DNA of 44,746 bases from Spironucleus salmonicida. Taxonomy: Eukaryota. Shown here in pieces: positions 25,157-39,100 of the stretch. Within the stretch, counting starts at the first letter, position 1. Every line of letters starts with the position of its first letter. Under the pieces are notes generated by a model. It ran no database searches. It saw only the letters and a list, made by a program, of their open reading frames with translations, and had not been told where the DNA came from. Both the position numbers and the translations under genes were made by a program. The stretch spans positions 578,651-623,396 of the forward strand of contig NC_090604.1 of assembly GCF_000497125.1 (NCBI RefSeq), read 5' to 3'.

Positions 25157-26854
25157 TCATTTCACTGCCTCAATTATTCTAGGGATCTCAATTAAGGTTG
25201 TACAGACTGCTGCTATTACTAGTGCACAGAAAACCGTAAATATAATCTTCTTCAGTAAAATATGCTGATCCAATATCTTGGTTGCCGTCATATCACCACA
25301 AATAATAGCTCCAGTAAATCCACCGCCTGGGAAGCTCCACGCAGACGAAAAGCACAAGTTTTTGTACATGGGATGGAAATTCTTCATTCTGTGTTGAGAA
25401 CCAAATTCGTCAGGGTTGTATCCATATAGTGATCCAGATTCACTTCTTGTGTATCTACGCATTGTGTTAGGAGTACCAACCTCTATATGATCAATCACAG
25501 CCTTTATGCCAGGGTAGTATTCCTCTAGTCTATTGATGTAAATATCAGCAACTTCCTATTTCTTCAGCTTATATGCATCTGGAGTAAGATCCTTCCACTC
25601 TTGAATATAGGCTGCGGTAGTAATATTACAGAAAGTTCTGCCTGATGCGGTTAACCTGGAATCGACTTTTGAGTGGTCTACAAATACAAATGAACGTTCT
25701 TCTATCTTTTCATACGCCACTAGGTTAAGGTCAGAGAGTGGGCGTGACAGATCGTTAGAGAAGAAAGTAGAGTATGCATTATTGGGGAAAAGCGTATTGA
25801 GATCAGCATTGCATACGAAGTAAATGACAAACAAAGATACTGCTGGCGCCTTACGTTTAGACCTCTCATCAAAAGTATTTTTAAGCTTCGGTATCATTCT
25901 GCCAAATACTAGGTCTGGAGCACAATTGCAAACAATCTTGTTGGATTTGGAAATCTTAGTCAGGTTTACATTTACCTAAGTTTTGGTTTTTCTATCGAAG
26001 TAGCTCACGCCAGTACAAATTGGTTTCTTAGCATGTTCGTCCTGAAGAATTATCTTAGTTACATCCGCCATGAGCCGCACTTCGCCACCATGCTCGCGGA
26101 TCACTGAAACCAGGTAATTTGAGAGGGTTCCTGAGCCACCTTAAATCTAAACAGCTTTCTGGTAATAGCAACACTAAGGAATGGCGTGATAGATTAGATT
26201 CATATTGTAAGGATTGTCGGAGTAGTAAACAATGTTTGTGTTAATTACATTTTTGAGCTTTTCATCAGTAATATAAAAATCCAACCATTAACCTATAGTA
26301 TGTTTTCTGATCATTGGCCAGGTGAAGTGGACAGAGTGTACAATGGGGAAGAAAAAGAACTAGAAGTAACCCATGTTATAAGGAAGCGTAGTAGCACATC
26401 TGGCAGTATTGTATATTTTTTTGAAGTATCTTCTGATACCCTTCTCTTCATGAGGGAACTTTTCAATCAGATAATTTCTTGCATTATCTAGACCATGAGG
26501 TATAGAATAGTGATTCTCTTTATCTGCTATATCCCAGACTGAGTTAGATGACACAAAGGTTATGTTTTTATCAATACCTAGTTCTTTAAATATCCTGTGT
26601 TTTCCATCTGTCTTCTTATCTCCAAGATCCATCTCGTGCAAAGCCACTTCATACACATCCTTACCACGTTTGAAGGTAGTTGCACACCCTCCTGCCTGGA
26701 AGTGCTATTCAAGGACAATAACTTTCTTCCCATTAAGGGCAAGCTTAGCAGCACAGATCAGACCACCAAGACCAGAGCCTATAATAATATGATCAAATTT
26801 ATTCTGAAGACTACTCTCTGTAGGACTGTAAAGGATTCCGAGTTCACTCGTCAT
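25157..26854 (-). CDS. Phytoene dehydrogenase / retinol-saturase family FAD-dependent oxidoreductase (565 aa) with C-terminal TM helix
   Basis: N-terminal IIIGSGLGGLICAAKLALNGKKVIVLE[TAG]HFQAGGCATTFKR, late GTPNTMRRYT...GSLYG and PGGGFTGAI motifs. Track fragments at 26656, 25897 and 25498 share one frame. Tail IIFTVFCALVIAAVCTTLI. Confidence 0.92.
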
Positions 26855-27659
26855 TTTAGAAATGCCCTGTTTTAAAAATGTTATTAGTTAATTATGATTA
26901 TATTATAGGAAATATATAGAGTAATAAAGATAGGTATTATTGTCTTATATATAGTATACTTAAAATTCATGAGATAAAAGGCCAGATAATGTATATTAAA
27001 ATTTATATTTACCTTGTTGTATAAAATTTAAACAGGGTATTCTTCTAAATAATTTTATTTAGAAAAACTAAAATTGTAATGTAATATGTAAAATTAATTA
27101 TATTTATTTTATATATATTTTAAAATAGTATCAATGAAAATTTTACTGTGACTATATTTATTTCAATATTATATGTAATAAGCGATTTTTTTAATACGTA
27201 TAAAATGCAACTTTAGCAACACAATATACTATTTATTATTTTTTTCGTAAACATATATATTTAAAGTATTTTACTACATTATACATTTATAATGTGATTT
27301 TTATCTCAATTACTTACTATTGAATTAATTGATATGTATTTCACCATTTTTATCAAATAATAGTATGATAAGTATTAAAAGTAAATTTTACAGTATACAA
27401 TATCACAAATTACCAAGAAAGCTATTTATCAGACTAGGTAAATTCTAGAATTTGTTAAAATAATAGTTTTTAAGTCTATTTACAGGTTATCTATACCGCA
27501 TACCCAAAATTTTATTTAAGTAGTAACTTATCTACAATTACCAATAACATTAGCGTGCAGAATATGGCTTTAAAAGAACCAGAATATTCTATTGCTAAAA
27601 ACTTACATTATCTTAAGAATTATTATTAATAACGAATATAACACAACTAACCGCTTACT

Positions 27660-28860
27660 CGCAGTAGTCAAATTCACATGCACAAACTGCTCGTCAATAG
27701 CTTGCAAAAACACGTAGCCATAATTTCATAGTTGTGCTTGAATTTGTATGGATTTTATTTGCTGAAATTCGAGTTTAAGGAAAAGGTAATTTGAGCATTT
27801 TTAGTTAATTTTTAGAGTTTTAGACGCTTTTGAATGGAAATTCAAAGTGTGAAATTATTATTTACTTGTATGTTTTGCAAGCGTCGTAAGATGCTGAGTA
27901 TCACAGGTGGCTGCGTAATACGCATTCAATTTGTGAGATTCTTGATTCCGTAGGGTTGTTTGCATTATGGCGGTGCACAGATGTAAGCAATTTATTTTTA
28001 GCATGCTGACGTGATCAATAGGTTAAAAAGAGGGTTGAACTGGTAGAATAATTTTAAAATTTCGTAGTTTGATGTTTAATAAGCCTAGGCTGGAGTCGGA
28101 AAGGCGAATATGAAAAGATTGCAGACTAAATATGAAAAGAGAGCATGAGCTTATGCTTTAAGTATCTGGCGGGATTTCAAAAAATAGTTATTCTGAATCG
28201 ATAGAAAACTTAGTATAATGCAAATCCATAGATATCCCAAAATGCATATATTTTAGTATTATGATGTGGGTTATGGATTTGCGGGTATGTAATAGACTGG
28301 CAAAGTTGCCGTATGTCAATAAAAATTTTTAGATCAGGAGGTTAATATTTTGATCGTTGCAGGTGTAAAATTATTGAAAATGGAATTAAACTCAGCTATA
28401 GCTCACCAGATGAATGTGAAATCTGTGCATATTAATTTATCGCTAATAGGGATGGAAGTATGTGCCTGTTGTTAACTTGTGCTGACTAAGCTGTTCATTG
28501 GGGTATGATAGCTAATGTGGGCAGTGCTGGGCTAATTTATAGTTTAACGTGTTTTAATGCGTTGTAGGATCTCCAACAGGTTGTGACCTTGATAATGTAT
28601 ATGTTAGAGAACAACTTATGTTGATATTGGAACTTGTTTGAGCACGGCAGTTAATTATAATAGCTATTTTTATGCTGACAAGAGGGCTGCGATATTGCCA
28701 AGCTTAATGTTTGCGTTATGATGATATAAAAAGTTGTATAAGTAAGGATGTGTGTAAATAGATCAAGGTGTGTAAGATCTGTGCCAGGGTGGTTCTAATG
28801 CTTGTGATGTCTGCGATGGAGAAATGAGTTATTTATCGAAACTGCGAGAAGGGAACTGAA
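27660..28860 (+). pseudogene. Decayed cysteine-rich (CXXC) protein gene
   Basis: CTNC (27679), CEIC (28415), CKIC (28771) and CDVC (28803) occur in different frames, interrupted by TGAs. Boundaries approximate. Confidence 0.5.
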
Positions 28861-29064
28861 AATATACATACTTGACTTCAGTTTTACTGTTTATAGTATT
28901 ATAAGTTTTATTACCATGATAATTAGTGAGCGAACCAAGTAAAATACTGACAAAGCGATTATGTCAATTTAAATTCATTCATTCGATTTTAACAAAATAA
29001 AATTCATAGATTTAAATTATCTTAATCACCTTTAGGTAGTTAACTTTATTTGCTCACTACTTTA

Positions 29065-29116
29065 GTGATGACTACCGACGCTGGGCGGAAGATGCAGGGA
29101 GACCTGAGTTGATGCT
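29065..29116 (+). repeat. 52-bp dispersed direct repeat, copy B
   Basis: Matches 17272-17323 at 43/52; directly abuts the ATTAT satellite. Confidence 0.8.
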
Positions 29117-30140
29117 ATTATATTATATTATATTATATTATATTATATTATATTATATTATATTATATTATATTATATTATATTATATTATATTATATTA
29201 TATTATTTATATTATATTTTTATATTATATTATATTATATTATATTATATTATATTATATTATATTATATTATATTATATTATATTATATTATATTATAT
29301 ATTATATTATATTATATTATATTATATTATATTATATTATATTATATTATATTATATTATATTATATTATATTATATTATATTATATTATATTATATTAT
29401 ATTATATATTATATTATATTATATTATATTATATTATATTATATTATATTATATTATATTATATTATATTATATTATATTATATTATATTATATTATATT
29501 TATATTATATTATATTATATTATATTATATTATATTATATTATATTATATTATATTATATTATATTATATTATATTATATTATATTTATTATATTATATT
29601 ATATTATATTATATTATATTATATTATATTATATTTATTATTTATATTATATTATATTATATTATATTATATTATATTATATTTATATTATATTATATTA
29701 TATTATATTATATATATTATATTATATTATATTATATTATATATATTATATTATATTATATTATATTATATTATATTAATATTATATTATATTATATTAT
29801 ATTATATTATATTATATTATATTATATATTATATTATATTATATTATAATTATTATTATATTATTATATTATATTAACTATTATATTATATATATTATAT
29901 TATATTATATTATATTATATTATTTATATTATATTATATTATATTATCATAATAATTATAGTTAGTATATATTATATTATGTTATATATATATTATATTA
30001 TATTATAAATTATATTATATTATATTATATTATATATATAAATTATATATATATTATATTATTATATTATATTATAATTATATTATATTATATTAATTAT
30101 ATATTATATTATATTATATTATATATATATATATATATTA
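29117..30140 (+). repeat. (ATTAT)n pentamer satellite, ~1 kb
   Basis: Near-pure TATATTATAT array degenerating toward its 3' end; the source of the spurious YYIIL ORF. Confidence 0.97.
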
Positions 30141-33100
30141 GTACACCAAGAGAGAGATAAATATATGAAGAAAATATAAGACTCATATCAAATACATCAC
30201 CCCGACCATAATGATAGATAAAAATGAATCATCACAAGTAATAAATCAACCGATCACCAACTCCAATACAAATATAAACCATCGAATACACGTGCCATCC
30301 ATACCATATCACACTCATCTACAACATTAATACTAATATAGCCACAATTATAATATAATCACCAAATATATATAATAACACTCCACTCACTACAATACTA
30401 ATATAACTACACATAATCCATAACACACACTACCCCCTTACATACCGAGACACACGATCCACAGATAACTCACACCGCCAATACCCTCTACACCCCCCCA
30501 AAATACACTAATAGCCCAATATCACATACAATATATGAAATACCTATCAGACTACCCTAACCTATAATATACTATATAGATATAATCATCAATTGATAAT
30601 ATAACCAACGATATTCATAAGCCTACAGTCATACCCACTCCATAACACTCACTAATATAACCACTCACACCCATATAAAAATACAACCCCCAGACCTATG
30701 TCATATAAATATACATATAGACCCGATACTCAGCATGCCCTCCCCGAATACACACACTACTAAAATAATATATAATACGCCATATTACCATATACAGTGA
30801 CACTGATACTACCATATAATAAATATACCATCATATCCCCCATGACATTACACCACTAATAATAGATATAGTACTATAAATATTATATCACTAGCCATCA
30901 TGCACATATGGAAATAGACTCACTACAATCATACACGATAATAACGACGAGATCATACCATATTACCCAGTCACTAGTCACTAGTAATACTAACCTCATA
31001 TACCGCACAGTATAAAAAGTATACACTACTACCTGGATATACCTATATACCTTATAATACACATTACTAATAGTACCATATAACGATATAAAGCCACAAT
31101 GACAGAAACATATAGTACTACATATTCACCCATAATATAATATAAATATAATATAATGAGATCACACTACATATAAATATACCCGACTCACCAATCAGAT
31201 CACATACTTACACTTAAAACATACTGACAATATATATACAATATGATAGAATACTACCATATACCATATATATAAACATACAACTAATATTACATATCAA
31301 TAGATACAGGATAGATAACGGAGAATAAAATACATGCTATAATCAATCCATATCGGACATGAAATAATATAATCCCAAATATAAATAATATAACGATATA
31401 CACTTACCGGACCGGCATATACCCTATAAAGCATAGGCACACTAAACATATAATAATATAATCCTACATCACTCAAGATTTACCATATCACCCCCATACT
31501 CACCAGCTAGATGATAACATATACACACGGACCATAATAATACAGATGATAATCACAACACCGGAACATCCATAAATATAAAAACCATCACACATCGAAC
31601 TGAATGATACCATATATCGCCCACTCAACCCATTCCAGCTAATACACCGGCACACATTACTAATCACTCACCACATCACTAGCAACTCAATAATACAATC
31701 AGGCGATATAATGACTACCCAATACAAGATATAAGTCAGATATACTATAACAGCATCATCATACCATATAAAACTAAACTAATATAGCTATGATAACTCC
31801 ATATCAGATCTAAACTGCGAATCATCAACTATAATATAACCACATCCAAATCATAATCACATAAGATAATAACCATATAAATATAATATCATTAAATATA
31901 ATAATACACATAGACTCACTACCGCATGAACATGGATGTATAGAATACATATATCCAACAATATAAGATATCACCATCCATTGAAATCAAGTACCAGTAG
32001 CATATCAACTCATATATACAATATAAATGATATATAATATAAATATTACAGTATAGAATATAAAATAATATAGATATCATGATAAATAGAAATAAGAATA
32101 CTACACTCTATATAATAATACTAAAATCACATAATAGATAATCAGCAATAATAGAACAACATATAGACAAAGAAATAATACAAAAACTAAAATAATAATA
32201 ATAATATAAATATATAATATATATAATATAATATATATAATAATATAGATATAAATATAATATAATATAATATAATATAATATAAATAATATAGATATAA
32301 TTATAAAATAATACATACTATATATACAATACATATATAAATAAGATAATTATATAAGATTAATAATAAATTATATAATATAAATATATATAATAAAATA
32401 TATAATATAATATAATATAAGATAATATAATATAATATAATATATAATATAAATATAATATATTAATATATAAATAATATAATAATATAGAATATATTAA
32501 TAATAAATATAATAAATATATTAATATATAAATAAATATAAAATAAATAAATAATATAAATATAATATAATATAAGTCTCACGATATAGATAGCATAAAT
32601 AGATAAAATAAAAATAATATAATCACATATAAGCACCAAGATATAAGTGTCAAAATAAAAATAATCAATATAATAGATATATACAAGAATATACATAATA
32701 AAATAATAACACTCAATAAAAAACACTATCCCAACGCAAAAGAAATATAATATAGAAGTCAGGAACATATACATATACATATAATATCACCTGATATACT
32801 ATATCAACAGCACATAATAAAATCACATACATCACAATATAGCAATCACCTGATATCAGTAATAATATAATAATATATATCGATTGAAGTTCTGTTGCAT
32901 TTGCTTCTAATAATCAAACCAACGACAAAACGCCAGGTATAAATAATACATATATATACTATATAACCCAAATAATAAAAGCTAAACATATAACTATATC
33001 ACTATAATACATAACAGACAGAAAAAATAATAGAAAAATATAAATCAAATAAATAAAAAGATTAAATATAATCAACAAACTAACTATAGATACAACTAAC

Positions 33101-36100
33101 ATATAACAAACGGAATACAAATATTACACACTATAAATATCAAATCAACTCATAATATCAAAGACTAAATAATATAATATAAATAAATACATAACACAGG
33201 AAAACAATATCAAGACATATATACAATACGTAAACATAAACACACATAGCTACAATAATAATCAAAAATATAAATATAAACTACCCAAAAATAAATATAC
33301 ACCAAACGAAAATCAAAATACATCACTAATATAGAATTACATAATATGAAATATAACAAGGAAGCAACTAAAACAATAAATAATTAACTCAATAAACAAT
33401 AAAATCCACTACAAAATATAAAAATCAAGACTCATAGAATATAAACTACAACAATATAATATAGACAGACAACCCATATTCAACGATACAATAAATCACT
33501 AGGAATATCAATAATATACCAACACACGTAAGTAAATATACTAGTAATACTACACGTATATAATATAAAGTCCTATAACCACAACTAGAGCACTATAACA
33601 AGTTATAATATAAGAAAATCAAATATAGCCGATAATCAAATATATATGAACAACGCCAGACAAATAGAAAGAAACAATAAATAATCATCGGCCCGGAGGC
33701 TGAAGTGAGAAAATATCGACAGATGGCGATACAAAATAAACGAAAAAAACATAACGGAGAAGACCGAAACTGGACGTCTAAAAACATACGAAACGCCAGA
33801 GGCAAAGAAAAAAAAAAAAAGCTCACTCCTCACCCCCACGACAATACCTAAGACAACGACAAGACCAACGTAACATCACCTATAGGACTAAGCACGCCCT
33901 CTACTATCACCGAAGAATTCATCAAGACCGACAGAAACCCAAACTTGACACAATATATGGAAGGACAAAATCACAAAACTATAATATTAACAAGACCATA
34001 TCAAACCCACACCCAAGTTAACCATCAGAAGAAAACCTACCTACACGAGCAAATGAAAAGCAACATAAATATAAATATATAAATTATACAATAACTATAT
34101 AACTATAACAATAAAATACAAAAATAAAAGATACAATAATAAGGCAGAAGCATACTACTCCACTACTGGAATATAATATACCATAAAAACTATATAGAAA
34201 AATATAAATAAATAAATATAATAATAATAATAAATATACAAATAACCATAAATACCATATAAATATAAGTTAAAACGACATATAGTCAAAAATATAGACC
34301 TATACACATAGATAGACCAATATAACGCACCATATAAATAATATAAGATATCAGGATAAATACAATACAAATAAAACTACAAGAAGAAACAATAGTCAAA
34401 TGATAGATAATAAGCATATATACAATAATACAGAGATAACAATAATAGATAAATATAAATAAAGAAATATAAAACATATAGCCTATAAATCACCAATAAT
34501 AAATACTAACATATCCATCATAATAAATACAAATATAATATATGAATACCAACTAGAATCATAGACATGCAATAATAATATAGAATAAGAACAATAAGAA
34601 TTCACTACAACAAATACATGAAAATGTAAAAAATATAAAACAAATATAACGATACAATAACATAAGGTAAACCAATATAGAGCAATATAAGAAAATTCCA
34701 TAAATATCAGCTGCTAATCACATACTACCCCCGCCGATATACTTCGATATAAAGCAAAATCGGACTATATACAATAATAGAATATTACATTAACAATCAA
34801 AATAAATATAACAGCAGCACCCGCAATCAAATATAAAAAATGAAAATAATAAATAGCAGCGATGATCAATAAACAAAACATAATCACACTAAAACAATAC
34901 GATAAAGAAAAATGACTACCAATAATAATAATTAATAAATAATATAAATAACATTATATAAAAAATATACATTATAATAATAAATATAATTGGAAACAAA
35001 TATAAGATCACAAAAATAAAGGAACGCAAAAATAATAATTACATATAATGACTAAAAAATATACAAATATAAAATAAATAAAAATATAACCAAACATATA
35101 TAAATAATCCAACTAAAACAATCATAAATCACAACACTAATAATATAAATAAAATAGACTAATAAATAGTAAAACACCATATAATAAAACAGAATAAATC
35201 AGATATAGAATATAAAACAATAAAAATGATCAGATCAATGACCCTAAATATATAAACAAATATAAGAATGTATAAACACAATAAAAATAACACAAATATA
35301 CAGATAAACTAATAAGATACAAAATACTAACGCATAAATAAATAAGATAAATAATAAATAATAAATATACGAAAATTACATGAAAAATTAAACATCCAAC
35401 TCACAATAATATAAAATTAAAATAACAGCATTATACAAAAATAAAATACAACCAATATAATATAATAAATCAGAAAAAATAAATATATACGATACACGAT
35501 CATAATCAACACCTATCATTAATAACACCGTACAATACAATCATAATATATCAACAAAAATAAATATGTACATCCGACGCCAAAAACATAATATAAATAT
35601 GAAATATAAAGTCATAACATATTACAGTACAATATGAATATCACATATGAATAAAGATAAATAAATACAAGGAAATCAATAGAGATATTAATCAACCATA
35701 TAAATATAACACACATAAAACACATATCACATAATTAAACAACAAAATAGCCATATACCACAACAGTATAAAATTAGACATACCTAAATAAATATAAAAA
35801 GTAAACTATATAATATACATATAATATAAAAATAATCATAAATATATATAATATACATTATAAGTAAAATAAATACCTAACAAATATAATAATAAGATAT
35901 AAAGCACCGAATGATAATAATAATAAAAAAATCCATAATAACTAAATACCATAAGACCAATACCACAAAAAATAAATTATAACATATAAATATAAATATA
36001 CCATATAAGATAATAAAGATAAATCAAAAGTGAAAAAAAATAATAAAATGATAATATCAGAATCTAAATAATATTAAATATAAAAACATGTAGAAATAAT

Positions 36101-39100
36101 AATATAAGCCATATATATAATGCACATTAATACACCAATAATAAATAAATAAGAAATATAATCAAAATATACAATAAAATAGATATAATATAAAAAATAT
36201 ATGAATAAAAATATAAATATACAAGGTACAAAAATAATAAAAAGAAAATAGAGACCACATCAACTATACAATAAGTAGTGATAAATATAATCAAAAAACA
36301 CCACAAATACATAGAAACAATAAATTAGATATAAACAAAGAACAAAATCCAAACATAAATATTAAATAATAAAACATAATAAACAAAAATGAGAAAAATA
36401 CAAGCATAGTACATATGAAATATAACCTCACAACACTACATATAATACTAATATAATATAATCCAACATAAACATACATTGACACTATACATAATATCAC
36501 CAAATAAATAATAACAATAATAAATATACGCATACAGATTAAATTATTATATAATATAATATACACATACAACAAATATAAGACAACGGTAATGATAAGT
36601 ATACAAATACAATAATTCATCCAAATATAATATCACGATACATAATACCCAGAAATACGATATACAACACTAAAAGTATAAATAAACAAATATACCAACC
36701 ATATAAAATAATATATAATAAATCATACTATATAGACTACAACTAGATAATAAAATAACATATACAAGCGACATGAGATAATACATAAACAGGGAAATAA
36801 CCAAACAAGATATAGCACAATACTAAATAATATAATATAGATGATAAATATAACACTACACTCCAGAATAACTACAAATACTAATATACACTACTTAATA
36901 TATACTAGGACATAAATATAAATAACGACAATATATACAATATACGATATCAACATATACTATAGCGATATAAATTATAAAACAAAAGCATGACACACAA
37001 AAATCAACTACGAGAGATCAACGAGATTCAACAATAACAAATCATATATACAAATCAAAAATAATCACGCCATAATAATATAAACGAAAAATAGTGAGCT
37101 CATACCATGACTAAAAACCAGAAATCACCCTACCATATATATTAGTAACTAACCAATACATATAAATAGAGATCCAATACAATATAAAACATAGATACAC
37201 TATATATACAAACAGCGCAATATACCACAATATGATACACCCATATACAAAATTACTCAAATATAATATAACCAAAACATAATAAAATAAACCACTCCAA
37301 AAGAAAATGCCATACCATATAGGAAAATATAATTAATATCAAATCCATGAGATACCAGTTCACAAATAGCTCAATAACTACATTCACTAAAATATAGCAA
37401 CAAACATATATCATATTATATCATACATAGTAAATCATAAGTACATACAGTACATGAATCATAGAAATATAAAAATGTACAAAATAAACATATCATAGAA
37501 CTCAATCATCATATAGACATATAGAATCCGACAATATAAACAACCCTGAACTAAGAAAACAAAATATAAATATAATAAATACAAACATTAATAAGTACAA
37601 ACATAAGAACCCGACTATACATATAACCACATCAAAAATGACTCATCACTATACGAACCAATAAATAACAAAATCAAGTAATAATGACAATATATAGATA
37701 CAAATCAAATAAAATCGACGTATATAAATATAATATGATATATAATAGCACATATAAACGAACAAGTAATATAAAAATACTACCCATCACTAACATAAAC
37801 TACACTACACAATACTAAACATATGATATATCACACGTCACAATAATAGAATAGTAAAAATAATATACAATATAGCCACTAAACATGACTAACATAATTA
37901 ATAATATCTCATATAATATAATCACCTACACTACTAACGTAGAAAATATATACACTAAAACATAACTAACTACCAGGCAATAAAAATCATATTACATATC
38001 CACTCACATACAAATACCCAATTCACAGCACAAAAACATCAAATCATGAAACATCATACACTAACTATACACATAATACCAGGACTCACCACTACTATCA
38101 TTCATAAAAAAAAAATACGAAACAACCATCAAAACTAACGCCGAAAATATACAATAAATAATAAACGTCAATGAATATAACTACAATAGCGATACATACA
38201 TAATCTAATATGACATAAATACAACAACGATTCATTAATAAATACCACAAATATCACATATTACCAACATGCAGACACATAAACACTATAATAGTCAACT
38301 ATAGAACAATATGAAAAATATAACATATATACACACTATAAATATAGATACTAATAATATAATAATAATAGACATTCATAAATGCCAGAGCTAACGATAA
38401 TACACAGCCGCAGAAACCCAAAAAACCAGCACTCCCTAATACAATAAACCATGAAGTAATAAACATATATATACAATATAATATAATATAATATAATAAT
38501 AAAATATACACGATAATAATGATAAACACATAACAAATAAATAAACCCTCACATATATATAATAAATACCAACAAATAAAACAAATTAGATACACGTAAT
38601 AAATATAGATATAATATAATATAATATAATATACCAGAATATGACCATCACAGATAATACAAATAGGAAAACTACCAAAAATGATATGCAGGATTAGACA
38701 AGATAAAAAATAACACATATAAACACTAAACACTAATATTAATATAATCATAGAAAAGAAAAGCAAAATATAAAAATAAATAATTAAATAAAATAATACT
38801 AGAGCATACTAGAGGATGCGATATAAACTAAAGTCACTGATCATAGATATAAAATGAAAACAATGATATCTATAAATACAATAGAAATACGGATAAAAAA
38901 ACTAAACAACTAAATAATATAATATAATATAAAATATAAAATATGAAAATAAATAAATAAAAAAAAACCAAAATTATATAGCACTATAGAAAACATATAT
39001 ATATATAATATTAATAAGCAGAATACACCAAAGCGATCACTCAAGAAATTTAACTATATAAATATAAAATAATATACAATAAAATAAATAGTACCACAAA

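Noticed and set aside
26300-26875. Plus-strand ORFs over the oxidoreductase
   Set aside because: Antisense shadows.
29109-29849. 246-aa YYIIL ORF; array as CRISPR or telomere
   Set aside because: It is the translation of a pentamer satellite; there are no spacers and no G-rich telomeric unit.
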